Assembly (NCBI GenBank): GCA_030583765.1
Contig: CP129474.1
Span: 331,921-395,920, forward strand
Origin: Minisyncoccota bacterium
GTDB taxonomy: Bacteria; Patescibacteriota; Minisyncoccia; 2-02-FULL-40-12; GWA2-44-9
Reading direction: 5' to 3'
Length of the DNA: 64,000 nucleotides
Shown here piece after piece: positions 9,454 through 19,075 of the stretch. A model generated the notes under the pieces. The model had not been told where the DNA came from. It did no database searches and worked only from the letters and a program-made list of their open reading frames with translations. The stretch's first letter is position 1. Each line of letters opens with the position of its first letter. Both the position numbers and the translations under genes were made by a program.

Positions 9454-10374
9454 CTAGTTACAATTCAGCGCCTTGCGCCAGCCGGCACTAAGGGCTTCAC
9501 TTTCGCTACAAAACCATCGCTCGCCCGCATCTTCGTTAATTTTCGTGGCGTTGTAAGAACGGCACCCTTCCACGTGATAGATTTTCTCTCCTGACGAGCT
9601 AATGTTCCCTTTTATATCGCATGTGCCACTTTGTGGAGCTAAAGTAGGCGTAGCTGCCTGCGCCGGCGCAGGAGTGGTAGTAGTTGAACAGGCTACGCCC
9701 CACAAACCAGTAGCGCTATTTCGGGCTTCAGTCTGCGCCGCTAGAAATACAGAATCGTATTTTACATCTGGCGGATATGTATATACCTTCGCAAATCCAT
9801 TCTTTACCAGCTCGAGATTCACAAAGAAATCACCCACATATACATAGCGAAGTAGTCGGCCGTACGCATCGCGATCTGTAACGTCTTTTTCTAACCTCAC
9901 ACTTTTTCCCAATACTAGCTCCGTATTTCGGCGAGAAGCTTCTTTCCCAAAGCATTGGACGGGCTTTCGAGGGTCGACTGTTTCCGGCGTATCGATGCCG
10001 ATATAACGAACGCGTTCGATAGTTCCATTATAGTCCACGTCAATCGTATCCCCATCAACCACGCGCGTAACGATAAACACATTTGGCAAACTTTGCGGTG
10101 ATTGTGTTTGTAGGAAGGGCGGTGTTGATACTGGAGCACTCTGTTGAAGCGTCGGTTGTTGGGTGGAGCGTTCTGCCCGCGGCGTTAGTGTTGGGGTGCT
10201 TTTTGGTAGCACAGAAGGAGTAACCGACGGACTCAATGTTACATCGCCAGTTTCAATGGCTTGGATCAGCAGCGCGCTTTCCTCCCCTTCTTCTTTCGGA
10301 GACTCCGAAAACAACGTGAGAAACAGAACCCCTCCGAGAAGAATAAGGCCTATGTTTTTGAATAACATCACCAT
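9454..10374 (-). CDS. Secreted/membrane-anchored thermonuclease (staphylococcal nuclease-like)
   Basis: N-terminal signal/TM (MLFKNIGLILLGGVLFLTLF). SNase core VVDGDTIDV...YIGIDTPE...RLLRYVY...GLW. Cys-rich C-terminal tail. Confidence 0.75.
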   Translation of the reverse strand: MVMLFKNIGLILLGGVLFLTLFSESPKEEGEESALLIQAIETGDVTLSPSVTPSVLPKSTPTLTPRAERSTQQPTLQQSAPVSTPPFLQTQSPQSLPNVFIVTRVVDGDTIDVDYNGTIERVRYIGIDTPETVDPRKPVQCFGKEASRRNTELVLGKSVRLEKDVTDRDAYGRLLRYVYVGDFFVNLELVKNGFAKVYTYPPDVKYDSVFLAAQTEARNSATGLWGVACSTTTTPAPAQAATPTLAPQSGTCDIKGNISSSGEKIYHVEGCRSYNATKINEDAGERWFCSESEALSAGWRKALNCN

Positions 10375-10444
10375 GCGCCTAGAAGTATTGATTATTTGTT
10401 CAAGCACTGCAATATAAGCACGTTTTAGCCCTTTCAGAGGTCGG

Positions 10445-10474
10445 TTGACACGTATGCATATTATGTTGTATAAT
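10445..10474 (+). promoter_or_regulatory. Consensus sigma70 promoter: TTGACA, 18-nt spacer, TATAAT
   Basis: Exact -35 and -10 hexamers upstream of the small high-GC ORF 10497..10703. Confidence 0.6.
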
Positions 10475-10496
10475 TATAGCTTAGAGAGGTGTCGAG

Positions 10497-10703
10497 ATGA
10501 AGAAGGCCATCGCAGTCTACGGAGTGAATTCCGTTCTGGGTCCGGTGCTGGTCGGCATCAGACTCGACGAGGACGCAGAAGCGCTGGCGCGGCAGTGGGA
10601 GCTCACGGTGGAAAAGAAAGAAACCGTGGGCGGATCGATCCGCCTCATCGCGCGCGACGGAGACAACCGACTGCTGTACCTGGACGAAGTTCCCATCCTC
10701 TAG
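10497..10703 (+). CDS. Small hypothetical protein (68 aa), high-GC cassette
   Basis: GAGAGG RBS, ATG start. Terminator immediately downstream. Confidence 0.45.
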   Translation: MKKAIAVYGVNSVLGPVLVGIRLDEDAEALARQWELTVEKKETVGGSIRLIARDGDNRLLYLDEVPIL

Positions 10704-10713
10704 CCCACGCCGC

Positions 10714-10763
10714 CCCGCACAAGAAGCCCCTCGCTTCGTCTGTGCGGGGTTTCTTTATTTTTA
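10714..10763 (+). terminator. Intrinsic terminator (ccccgcaca...tgtgcgggg plus T-run)
   Basis: 9-bp GC stem followed by tttctttattttt. Confidence 0.65.
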
Positions 10764-10845
10764 AGAACTAGATGAGCGGGATCCCCCCCTCACCCATACT
10801 TGCCGCGCACCTCTCGCAGTGCTACCGTGCCGGAAGGAGGTAGGC

Positions 10846-11091
10846 ATGAGCACCAGTCCGAGCGGTCCCATCGCACCCGAAGCCCCGTCGCCATCCCTCT
10901 GGCAGATGTCTCAAGAGGAGCTCTTGGCGCTGGCGGTTGTCAGGCTGCAGCTCGCGTGCACAAACTACAAACTCGCGCTCGAAGCCTCCGATGCGGGCAC
11001 TCGAGATGCGATGCGGCTTGCCGCAGAGCTGCGCAAAACAGAAGCCGAAGAGATCCTCGCGATCTACCGCGAGAGACTCCACCTCGACTAA
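10846..11091 (+). CDS. Small hypothetical protein (81 aa), high-GC cassette
   Basis: Strong RBS GGAAGGAGGT, 6 nt, then ATG (MSTSPSGPIAPE...). The track ORF starts earlier at a weaker start. Confidence 0.45.
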   Translation: MSTSPSGPIAPEAPSPSLWQMSQEELLALAVVRLQLACTNYKLALEASDAGTRDAMRLAAELRKTEAEEILAIYRERLHLD

Positions 11092-11127
11092 CCTCCCCTC
11101 CCCCGCTCGTCACACCAGACGAACGGG
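11090..11127 (+). terminator. Terminator, copy 1 of an identical 38-nt element (cccccgctcgtcacaccagacgaacgggggcttcttt)
   Basis: GC hairpin plus T-run. Identical sequence recurs at 11825..11862. Confidence 0.6.
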
Positions 11128-11141
11128 GGCTTCTTTATATA

Positions 11142-11170
11142 TTGACATAATGCTGAAAGCAGCGTAATAT
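11142..11170 (+). promoter_or_regulatory. Near-consensus sigma70 promoter: TTGACA, 17 nt, TAATAT
   Basis: Upstream of the membrane protein gene, followed by RBS AAGGAGG. Confidence 0.6.
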
Positions 11171-11194
11171 ATACGTCAGCCAAGGAGGCGTGAA

Positions 11195-11821
11195 GTGTAT
11201 GAGATCGCCGTTCTAGGGACTATCGTTCTCATGCTGGTCTCGGCGGCGGACTACGTTCGTCGCGCATGGATCCGCGAAACAAACCCAGTACCCGCAACGT
11301 GGATCCTCATGATGGTCATGATGGGTCTGTCGTTCTGGATGTATTGGGACAGTCCTCGGAAGTCGTTGACCGCCAACATCGGCGTTACCGCTGGCGTAGT
11401 GAACATTGTGATCATTCTCTCGGGAGTGATCGCGGCGAACATTCGCTACGGAACGCTGTCGGTGGCCTTCGACAAAGTGCAGAAGTGGTGTCTCGCAGGC
11501 GGAGCGGGAGTTGTGGCGTTTTGGTCCTTCACGGACCAACCGCTCATCTCTTACGCCCTTGTGCAGTGCGTTGCTCTCATAGGCTACTTCGCTACAGTGA
11601 AGCGGCTGCTGAAAGCGGAACGGAGCACGGAGCCACTTTTTCTCTGGGTTGCGGTGCTGTTCGCAAACCTGTGCGCACTCTACCCCGCCTGGGTCAAGAA
11701 CGATCCGTTCTCGTGGATCTACCTCGGCCGCGCAGTGCCCTCAACAATCCTTGTGATCTTCTTGATCGCGAGGATCAAGGGTAGGATGCGCCGAACAAGA
11801 ACAAGAGAACTCGATGCATAA
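11195..11821 (+). CDS. Polytopic membrane protein (208 aa), unknown function
   Basis: GTG start 5 nt after AAGGAGG. About 6 predicted TM helices. High GC. Confidence 0.5.
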   Translation: MYEIAVLGTIVLMLVSAADYVRRAWIRETNPVPATWILMMVMMGLSFWMYWDSPRKSLTANIGVTAGVVNIVIILSGVIAANIRYGTLSVAFDKVQKWCLAGGAGVVAFWSFTDQPLISYALVQCVALIGYFATVKRLLKAERSTEPLFLWVAVLFANLCALYPAWVKNDPFSWIYLGRAVPSTILVIFLIARIKGRMRRTRTRELDA

Positions 11822-11824
11822 CCG

Positions 11825-11862
11825 CCCCCGCTCGTCACACCAGACGAACGGGGGCTTCTTTT
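11825..11862 (+). terminator. Terminator, copy 2 of the identical 38-nt element
   Basis: Exact repeat of 11090..11127. Confidence 0.6.
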
Positions 11863-11912
11863 TACACACCCTGCGCACCGCATCCGTCATAAATACAGTA
11901 CACTAGAGCGAT

Positions 11913-12329
11913 ATGAAACATCCTATCTTCTGGCTTCGCATCGCGCTTGGTTGGCTTTTCGCATACGCAGGGATCGTGAAGATCATCAACCCCGCATGGA
12001 GTGCGGCGGGCTATTTGATGAGCGCAAAAACATTTTCCGGATTCTACGCATGGCTCGCAGGACCCAGCATGATCGGTATCACCAACCTCCTCAATGAGTG
12101 GGGCCTTTTGTTGGTTGGCCTCGGGCTTTTGAGCGGCGTGCTCGCCCGCCCCGCAGCATACGCAGGCGCACTCATGATGGTCCTCTACTACTTCCCTGTT
12201 CTCGATTTCCCTTACATTGGCGAACACTCCTTGTTAGTGGATGAGCACATCATCTACGCATTCGCACTCCTCCTCATCGCGCGAGCACCGTCGCTCGGCC
12301 CCATTCTACGCATCCCTAGACGCTCCTAA
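11913..12329 (+). CDS. DoxX-family membrane protein
   Basis: 138 aa. LRIALGWLFAYAGIVKI... is a typical DoxX N-terminus with 3-4 TM helices. Confidence 0.6.
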   Translation: MKHPIFWLRIALGWLFAYAGIVKIINPAWSAAGYLMSAKTFSGFYAWLAGPSMIGITNLLNEWGLLLVGLGLLSGVLARPAAYAGALMMVLYYFPVLDFPYIGEHSLLVDEHIIYAFALLLIARAPSLGPILRIPRRS

Positions 12330-12331
12330 CC

Positions 12332-12787
12332 ATGCGCGTCCCCTCTTTTTCTCTCCAAGATCAGGATGGAGTCACTCACACCCCAGAAGAATGGATGGGC
12401 CAATGGCTGTTGATCTACGTTTACCCGAAAGATAACACGCCGGGATGCACGAAGGAGGCGTGCGCTATTCGCGATGACTTTGAAACATTCCGCACGCTTG
12501 GCATTGCGGTGGCAGGCATGAGCGGAGATTCCGTACAGAGCCACAAAAAGTTTGCCGACGCATACCAGCTACCGTTCCCACTGCTCTCTGACCCCACCAA
12601 AGAAACCATGAAAGCACTGGGCGCCATTGGAGAAAAGAAGTTCATGGGACGCACGTTCGAGGGCATTCAACGAAAATCCTTTTTAGTGAATCCGGAAGGT
12701 GAGATTGTGAAAACATACGAGAAAGTCACGCCCGCAGAGCATGCACAAGAAGTGCTCGCGGACGTTCGCGCTCTCCTAGACAAATAA
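12332..12787 (+). CDS. bcp: Peroxiredoxin Bcp (thiol peroxidase)
   Basis: YPKDNTPGCTKEAC peroxidatic Cys motif within a thioredoxin fold. Confidence 0.85.
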   Translation: MRVPSFSLQDQDGVTHTPEEWMGQWLLIYVYPKDNTPGCTKEACAIRDDFETFRTLGIAVAGMSGDSVQSHKKFADAYQLPFPLLSDPTKETMKALGAIGEKKFMGRTFEGIQRKSFLVNPEGEIVKTYEKVTPAEHAQEVLADVRALLDK

Positions 12788-12801
12788 CCGAAGACAGCGT
12801 A

Positions 12802-13311
12802 TTGTATGCCTTCTCAAGGAGGAGGCTTTTGAGTAAAAAGAAGGTCATCAAAGGCGTGCCACTCACGCCCCTGCATATCGAGATCATGTTGGCGGCACAC
12901 GCCGTATGCCGCTACCACAGGTTCAAGCTGGTCTGGGGAAGCCAGCAGACTGGGGCCGCCCACCCAAGCTACGTAATCTACCCGTGTGAAGATCCGAACA
13001 CGTGGCACGGCGCGAGCCACCTGTGCCGGATCAGCATCCCCGAATGGGGACGCGGGGGCGCGATCGAGCTCCCCATCGCGCACGACCAAGTCGGCTTCAC
13101 CAACGGGTGGACGCCCGTGCGCGTCCACATCGGATCCGAGGCTTCGTACGGCGTTTCGGATATCCCCCTCTATGGGCTCATCTGGGGTGTGGATCTCCGA
13201 CGCCTCGGGCCCGGGCCCTATCGCACCAGGAAGTCCAAAGAGTTTGAGTACCGGCGCCTTCTGGAGTTCCGCGTTCGCGGCCGTCGCTACCTCGGCCCCA
13301 TCCCCAGATAG
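12802..13311 (+). CDS. Hypothetical protein, high-GC segment. Start uncertain (possible TTG after AGGAGGAGG)
   Basis: ORF in a very high-GC stretch with an equally long antisense ORF. Followed by terminator 13314-13359. Confidence 0.3.
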   Translation: MYAFSRRRLLSKKKVIKGVPLTPLHIEIMLAAHAVCRYHRFKLVWGSQQTGAAHPSYVIYPCEDPNTWHGASHLCRISIPEWGRGGAIELPIAHDQVGFTNGWTPVRVHIGSEASYGVSDIPLYGLIWGVDLRRLGPGPYRTRKSKEFEYRRLLEFRVRGRRYLGPIPR

Positions 13312-13376
13312 CCTCTCGCCCGTCATGAGCACAGCTCGTGGCGGGCGCTGTCTTTTTTTGGTAGCATCTGGACACC

Positions 13377-13919
13377 ATGAGTACGCTCTCTCACCCCATC
13401 GCCATCACTGATATTGAGACATCGGGCCTGGACGCACGCATCCATGAGATCTTAGAGCTTGCGGTCATTGTGGTTGACCCGCACACGCTGGAGCCGCTCA
13501 CCACATACAGCACGAAGATTCGCCCCACGCGGATCGAACGCGGCGCTAAAAAGGCGCTTGAGGTGTGTGGCTACGCTCCCGCCTCATGGCGCTATGCCGT
13601 AAACCTCCGCACCGCAATGGAAAACTATGCGGAAGCATGCAAGGGGGCTATTTTTGCAGGGCACAACGTCTTTTTCACGTGGTCGTTCATTGCCGAAGCG
13701 TTCCAGCAGAGCGGCATTGAAGACCCCACGGATTACCACCGTCTTGATCTCTTCTCTGTAGCGTGGGCGCACCAAAACATTCTCAACCGTCCCCGTGCCA
13801 CCATGCGACTTGAAGACATTGCCAAAGCGCTCGATATAGACCCAGAGCCAAAGCCCCATAGAGCCATGCAGGGAGCCAAGCTCCAGCTCGCCATTCTGCA
13901 GAAACTCATGCGGCCGTAG
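13377..13919 (+). CDS. DEDDh 3'-5' exonuclease (DnaQ/PolIII epsilon-like)
   Basis: ITDIETSGLD Exo I motif and FAGHNVFF Exo II-like motif. Confidence 0.75.
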   Translation: MSTLSHPIAITDIETSGLDARIHEILELAVIVVDPHTLEPLTTYSTKIRPTRIERGAKKALEVCGYAPASWRYAVNLRTAMENYAEACKGAIFAGHNVFFTWSFIAEAFQQSGIEDPTDYHRLDLFSVAWAHQNILNRPRATMRLEDIAKALDIDPEPKPHRAMQGAKLQLAILQKLMRP

Positions 13920-13944
13920 CCCCTCTTCCCTTTTTTCTCAAGGC

Positions 13945-14541
13945 GTGGTACACTGCGGTCCGTTCACTTTTCCTGCATTGCAGAACAAACTTCGCATCAA
14001 CAATTTTATCCGAGCGCCTGAAGTTCAGGTCATTACTGACGAGGGCAAGCAGCTTGGCGTCATGAAGATTACTGACGCTCTGCGCATGTCCCGCGAAATG
14101 GACCTTGATCTGGTAGAGGTTGGGCCAAACGCTCAACCCCCTATCGTGAAGATCATGGACTATGGGAAGTACCAGTACCTGAAGTCGCGCCAGGAGAAAA
14201 AGACAAAAGCTAAGGCGAAAGACCAAGAGACAAAAACGGTCCGCGTTGGCTTCAAAACGGGCACTCACGACATTGAGACCAAGGCCCGAAAGACGGACGA
14301 GTTCTTGCAAGAAGGCCACCCGGTGAAAGTAGAGCTGACCCTGCGCGGACGTGAAAAAGCGCTTGCGCACATGGGACTTGAGAAGCTCAAAAGCTTCCTT
14401 GCCACCCTCTCACAGCCCTACGTCACGCAAGGCGAACCAAAGCGTTCTCCGTTCGGCTGGGTAGTGATGATTCAGTTTGATAAGAAACGAAACCATGGCT
14501 CGACACAGCAAAACAAGCAAACCGCGCAACAGCAAGACTAA
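13945..14541 (+). CDS. infC: Translation initiation factor IF-3
   Basis: INNFIRAPEVQVITDEGKQLGVM and the C-terminal domain are typical of IF-3. The true start may be a non-ATG codon near the annotated ATG. Confidence 0.8.
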   Translation: MVHCGPFTFPALQNKLRINNFIRAPEVQVITDEGKQLGVMKITDALRMSREMDLDLVEVGPNAQPPIVKIMDYGKYQYLKSRQEKKTKAKAKDQETKTVRVGFKTGTHDIETKARKTDEFLQEGHPVKVELTLRGREKALAHMGLEKLKSFLATLSQPYVTQGEPKRSPFGWVVMIQFDKKRNHGSTQQNKQTAQQQD

Positions 14542-14722
14542 CCGCTCGCTCAAAAAGCGCGTTAAGATCACGGGTCGCAAGAAGATTCTCAAGCGCCCAC
14601 CACACCAGAACCACTTCAACGCGAAGGAGTCTGGCGAGCGTGCCCGCAACAAGAAGGGACAGTTGCACGCGCCAAAAGAAGTGCTCAAAAAGGCACGCGC
14701 ACTGCTCGCAAACGAGTTTTAA
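14495..14722 (+). CDS. rpmI: 50S ribosomal protein L35
   Basis: Lys/Arg-rich 75-aa protein between infC and rplT (conserved infC-rpmI-rplT operon). Overlaps the infC end in another frame. Confidence 0.65.
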   Translation: MARHSKTSKPRNSKTNRSLKKRVKITGRKKILKRPPHQNHFNAKESGERARNKKGQLHAPKEVLKKARALLANEF

Positions 14723-14731
14723 TTATTCACC

Positions 14732-15073
14732 ATGACACGCGTAAAACGAGGAGTACAACAGCATAAGCGTCGCGAGCGAATCCTGAAGCAGACCAAGGGC
14801 TTCATGTGGACCCGCAAGACAAAGATCCGCCAAGCAAAAGAGGCGCTCTTGCACGCATGGTCCCATGCCTTTGCAGACCGCAAGAAAAAGAAGCGCACCT
14901 CTCGCCGCCTGTGGCAGATTCAACTCAATGCCGCGGCACGCGAACAGGGCATCTCCTACTCAAAGTTGATCGCCCAACTCAAGACCGCGCAGATCGCCCT
15001 GGACCGCAAAGTCCTCGCCGACATCGCCCAGAACCACCCCGAAGTATTCAGCAAGGTTCTCGCAACGAAGTAA
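14732..15073 (+). CDS. rplT: 50S ribosomal protein L20
   Basis: MTRVKRGVQQHKRRERILKQTKGF... is a canonical L20 N-terminus. Confidence 0.9.
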   Translation: MTRVKRGVQQHKRRERILKQTKGFMWTRKTKIRQAKEALLHAWSHAFADRKKKKRTSRRLWQIQLNAAAREQGISYSKLIAQLKTAQIALDRKVLADIAQNHPEVFSKVLATK

Positions 15074-15087
15074 GTAGCTCTCCAACC

Positions 15088-15121
15088 ACAACACCCGCCT
15101 CAAGCGGGTGTTGTTTATTAT
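15088..15121 (+). terminator. Intrinsic terminator after rplT
   Basis: acaacacccgc-ctcaa-gcgggtgttgt followed by ttattatt. Confidence 0.6.
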
Positions 15122-15131
15122 TGGTAGCCCT

Positions 15132-15520
15132 CTATCCCCTAAGACACAATAGGAGAAGTTGCGCGTCTTGCGGCTTCTTTACATGTCTCCAAAAGAGTAT
15201 CGAGGATCGGCACGTCGGGACAATCTTGACCAACCGACGCTTTATATAACGAGCGCCGGAAAAACCGTCCTCAATACCTATGATCAAATTAAACTTTTCC
15301 CTCTCATATCTTGCTTCCATTCTGCAAGCTCAAATCTGGAAGTCTGGGCATATGACCTCCCGCAGTCATGAGTAGACTCCTTCGCAAGCCAAAATAGAAT
15401 TGCTCCGTTCTTGGCGCTCTTATTTAAATATTCCGTCTCCCAATCTACCTGTTTTTCGTAGACAAATTCGTTATCGAGATACTCTCTGCGTGGGCTTGGC
15501 AATGTATATAGTGGGGTCAA
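15132..15520 (-). pseudogene. Two overlapping short ORFs in different frames (78 aa and 62 aa) in an AT-rich segment. Possibly one disrupted gene
   Basis: ORFs 15284..15520 and 15132..15320 overlap out of frame. Local GC is much lower than the neighbours. Confidence 0.25.
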
Positions 15521-15662
15521 TCGTGTGAATAATTTTTATGGCCTCGCTCTGCCAATCTGGCGCTCCCTGAACTGGCCTGCTAAGAAAATAATGGGGCCCG
15601 TCTAGTGTGTTTGCTTTCTGGTGGAAGAATTACTTTATCATTCATGGGAACACTCATGGTAG

Positions 15663-15734
15663 TAGCCCTACGGGGAATCGAACCCCGATTTCCACCGTGA
15701 AAGGGTGGCGTCCTAACCGTTAGACGATAAGGCC
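15663..15734 (-). tRNA. tRNA-Glu (anticodon TTC)
   Basis: Cloverleaf by hand: acceptor GGCCTTA/TAGGGCT, anticodon stem CCACC/GGTGG, loop CTTTCAC, T-loop GGTTCGATTCC. Confidence 0.8.
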
Positions 15735-15803
15735 ATTGAAACGGTTACGAGTATCGCATGAAAATTGAAGAAAATCAACGTGCGTGCTAGTTTGGTGGGA
15801 CAC

Positions 15804-16886
15804 ATGGCAACCATTCTGGCCATTGAGACCTCGTGCGACGAAACCGCTATTGCGGTTGTTCAAGGCGCTCCAGATCGCGTACGCGTGCTCTCTAATGTCA
15901 TCTCTTCGCAGATCCCCGTGCACGCAGAGTGGGGTGGTGTCGTACCGCACATCGCCTCTCGCGAGCATGCCGCAAACATTGAGCACGTGTTTCAGCAGGC
16001 AATCCGTGACGCAGGCGTTGCATTCCTCAAGACATTGATGCTATCGCAGTCACCCACGGTCCTGGCCTTGGGCCAGCACTCATCATCGGCCTCACGTTCG
16101 CAAAAACGCTCGCCGCAGAAACGGGGCTGCCACTCATCGGCGTAGACCACATGGATGGGCACATCCATTCCAATTGGCTCGACGCAGAACAACCCATGGA
16201 TGCTGTCTTTCCAGTGCTCAATCTCATTGTGTCCGGTGGGCACACGGAGCTTGTCGTCATGCGCGATCACGGTGACTATGAAGTGATCGGAGAAACGCAA
16301 GACGATGCCGTTGGCGAAGCATTTGATAAAGTGGCGCGCATGTTGGGACTTGGATACCCAGGAGGCCCCGCGATTTCAAAGCTGGCACAAGAGGGCAATC
16401 CACTTGCATTCCCCTTCCCTCAACCCATGCGCGATAGCAATTCGTTTCACTTCAGCTACTCGGGCCTTAAAACCGCGGTGCTCTACGCACTCCGCGACAT
16501 GGGAGACGCGTTGAAAGAATCTGCCCGCGCAGATGTTGCCGCATCGTTTCAAGAAGCAGCCATTGAAGTGCTCGTGCATAAAACTATTCGCGCAGCACAC
16601 GCAAACAGATGCGAAAACGGTTTTGCTCTCTGGCGGTGTTTCTGCAAACAAACTCCTCCGCGAGCGCCTCGCACAGCGCCTTGCCGAAGAAGGCATCGCC
16701 CACGTACAGCCGCTCATGAAATACACCACTGACAACGCCGCGATGATCGGAGCCGCAGGCTATTTCCGATTCCGTGCAGGCGCCATTGGGCCATGGCACA
16801 CGGTCACCATGCGCCCCAACCTCACGCTTGGCGAAACAACAAGAGATACGCTACAATCAACAGCACATGCCTCGCGAACTTCCTAA
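15804..16886 (+). pseudogene. tsaD: tRNA N6-threonylcarbamoyladenosine synthase TsaD (Kae1/YgjD), split over three frames by two frameshifts
   Basis: Frame 1 [13 protein letters not shown]...[16 protein letters not shown]. Frame 2 [13 protein letters not shown]...SGGHTELV...GEAFDKVARMLGLGYPGGP. Frame 3 LLSGGVSANKLLRERL...TDNAAMIGAAGYF. Shift 1 at about 16029-16031 fits a missing A in ctcaa(a)gac (LKDIDA restored). Shift 2 at about 16592-16608. Confidence 0.75.
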
Positions 16887-19039
16887 GCAATACGACCACA
16901 CAGGAACGGAGTCGGATATCTATGCACTCTGGGAAAAGAGTGGCTTTTTTAACCTGACAACTCCTCCGAACGCCACAAAGAACCATTCTCCATTGTTCTT
17001 CCCCCACCAAACGTAACGGGCGTGCTCCACATTGGACACGCATATGAGGACGCACTCCAGGACGCCATTATTCGCTACCAGCGCATGCGCGGCAAGCGCG
17101 CGCTGTGGGTGCCTGGCACCGATTCTGCGGCCATGGCAACGCAGCCAAAAGTAGAGAAGATCATCCAAAAGGAGGAGGGAAAGAACCGCCATGAGATCGG
17201 CCGCGAAGAGCTTCGTGCGTCGCGTTGCCGCATTTGCAAAGGCAAGCGAAAACACCATTCTCTCGCAGGTAAGAAAAATGGGGGCATCACTCGACTGGTC
17301 CCGCTATGCCTACACCATGGATGATGCGCGCAATACGGCGGTAGCAACCGCCTTTCAGCGCATGTATGAAGCAGGCCTCATCTACCGCGGGAATCGTATT
17401 GTGAACTGGATCCCAAGGGCCAAACGGTTATCTCAGACGATGAAGTAGTGCACGAAGAACGTGACGCGAAGCTCTACACGTTCACCTACTCAAAAGACGT
17501 TCCCCATTCCTATCGCCACCACGCGACTTGAAACAAAAGTGGGAGACACCTGCGGTTGCCGTGCACCCTGACGATCGCGCTACCAACAATACATCGGCAA
17601 AGAATACGATGCTGTCTTTTATGACGTCCCCATTCACATAAAGGTGGTCGCGGATAAGGGCGTGGACATGACTTTTGGCACTGGCGCGCTTGGCGTCACC
17701 CCAGCGCACAGCATGGCCGACTGGGACATCGCCGATAAAAATGACCTCCCGCGCCCACAGGTTATTAATGAATACGCAAAGATGAGCGTTGAGGGTGCGC
17801 TCAAAGACAAGAAAACAACGGAGGCGCGCGAGCTTATCGCAACGTGGCTTGCGGAGCAGGGCCTTTTGCAAAAAGTAGAAGACATAAAACAAAATGTATC
17901 GATTGCCCGAGCGCACGGGCGGCATTATTGAGCCACTTCCCAAATTGCAGTGGTTTATTGATGTCGACAAGCCATTCACCATCCCCCATTCACAGATCAC
18001 CGGCATCTCCAGCGGCTCAGAAACAACTCTGAAAGAGATTATGCGCGTTGCCGTCACCAGTGGCGACGTACACATGCCTCAAGAGAACTTCCGCAAGGCA
18101 TACATGCACTGGATTGATAATCTGCACGACTGGTGCATTAGCAGACAGATTTGGTTTGGGCACCGTATTCCTATTTGGTATCGCGGCGAAGAAATCTTTT
18201 GCGGCGTGAGCGCACCCAGTGGCGACGGATGGGAACAAGATCCCGATGTGCTCGACACGTGGTTCTCCTCGGCGTTGTGGACGTTCTCTACGCTTGGGTG
18301 GCCGAACGCGTCGCAAGACCTGAAGACTTTCCATCCCACCTCTCTCATGTCTCCTGCGTATGAGATCCTCTTCTTATGGGTTTCTCGCATGATCCTCATG
18401 AGCGGATTTCACCTCGGTCAAGCTCCTTTTCAATCCGTGCTCATCCATGGCCTTGTGCGCGATTCAAAGGGAAGAAAGTTTAGTAAGTCCCTTGATAATG
18501 GCGTCGACCCGCTCGATATTATCGGGAAATATGGCGCAGATGCACTGCGCATGGGCCTGTTGGTAGGAACGGCTATTGGTAATGATTTGAAATTTGATGA
18601 AAGTAAAGTAAAAGGCTATCGCAACTTTGCAAACAAACTCTGGAACATCGCCCGCTTTGTACTCATGAATGCGCCAGACCAAACAATAGCTGAAGCACCC
18701 AGTCTTACCAGTGAGGACGCGCAGGCGCTTGCCGAACTCGCCACCCTTACGAAAGACATCACCAAAGATATGGAAGAGCTGCGCCTCTATCTCGCAGCTG
18801 AAAAGACGTATCACTACATCTGGCACACCTTTGCGGACATTCTTGTAGAGCGCGCGAAGCCACACCTCACCGGAACCGACCCGACAGCAAAAGCATCCGC
18901 GCAGTGGCTCATGCAAGAAGTGCTCGCAACGTCTCTCATACTACTCCACCCATTCATGCCGTTTGTGACAGAGGCAATTTGGCATGAAGTATTCCCAAAC
19001 AAAGGGCTTCTCATGATTGAGCCGTGGCCTTTGTCCTAG
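16858..19039 (+). pseudogene. valS: Valine--tRNA ligase, 5' half broken by at least 7 frameshifts, 3' 381 codons intact
   Basis: Segments in three frames match ValS: [114 protein letters not shown], then intact WCISRQIWFGHRIP...KMSKS-region (GRKFSKSLDN). Shifts at about 16975, 17210, 17408, 17495, 17548, 17575 and 17905, several in short homopolymers. Confidence 0.75.
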
Positions 19040-19075
19040 AGCCTTCGCCGCTTTTGCTGTATACTAACGTACAGC

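Noticed and set aside
12814-13332. 172-aa minus-strand ORF opposite 12802..13311
   Set aside because: Open frames on both strands are expected in this very high-GC stretch. The plus-strand ORF has an RBS and a downstream terminator, but neither is confidently coding.
11865-13360. Direct repeat of the tmRNA 3' end (attR) downstream of the high-GC cassettes
   Set aside because: A by-eye search for ccacatctcca-type repeats found nothing convincing, so island boundaries remain undefined.
16376-17347. Antisense ORFs across tsaD and valS (16376..16735, 16584..16799, 16920..17258, 17075..17347)
   Set aside because: Opposite strand of the recognisable TsaD and ValS segments. They exist only because the coding strand is interrupted by frameshifts.
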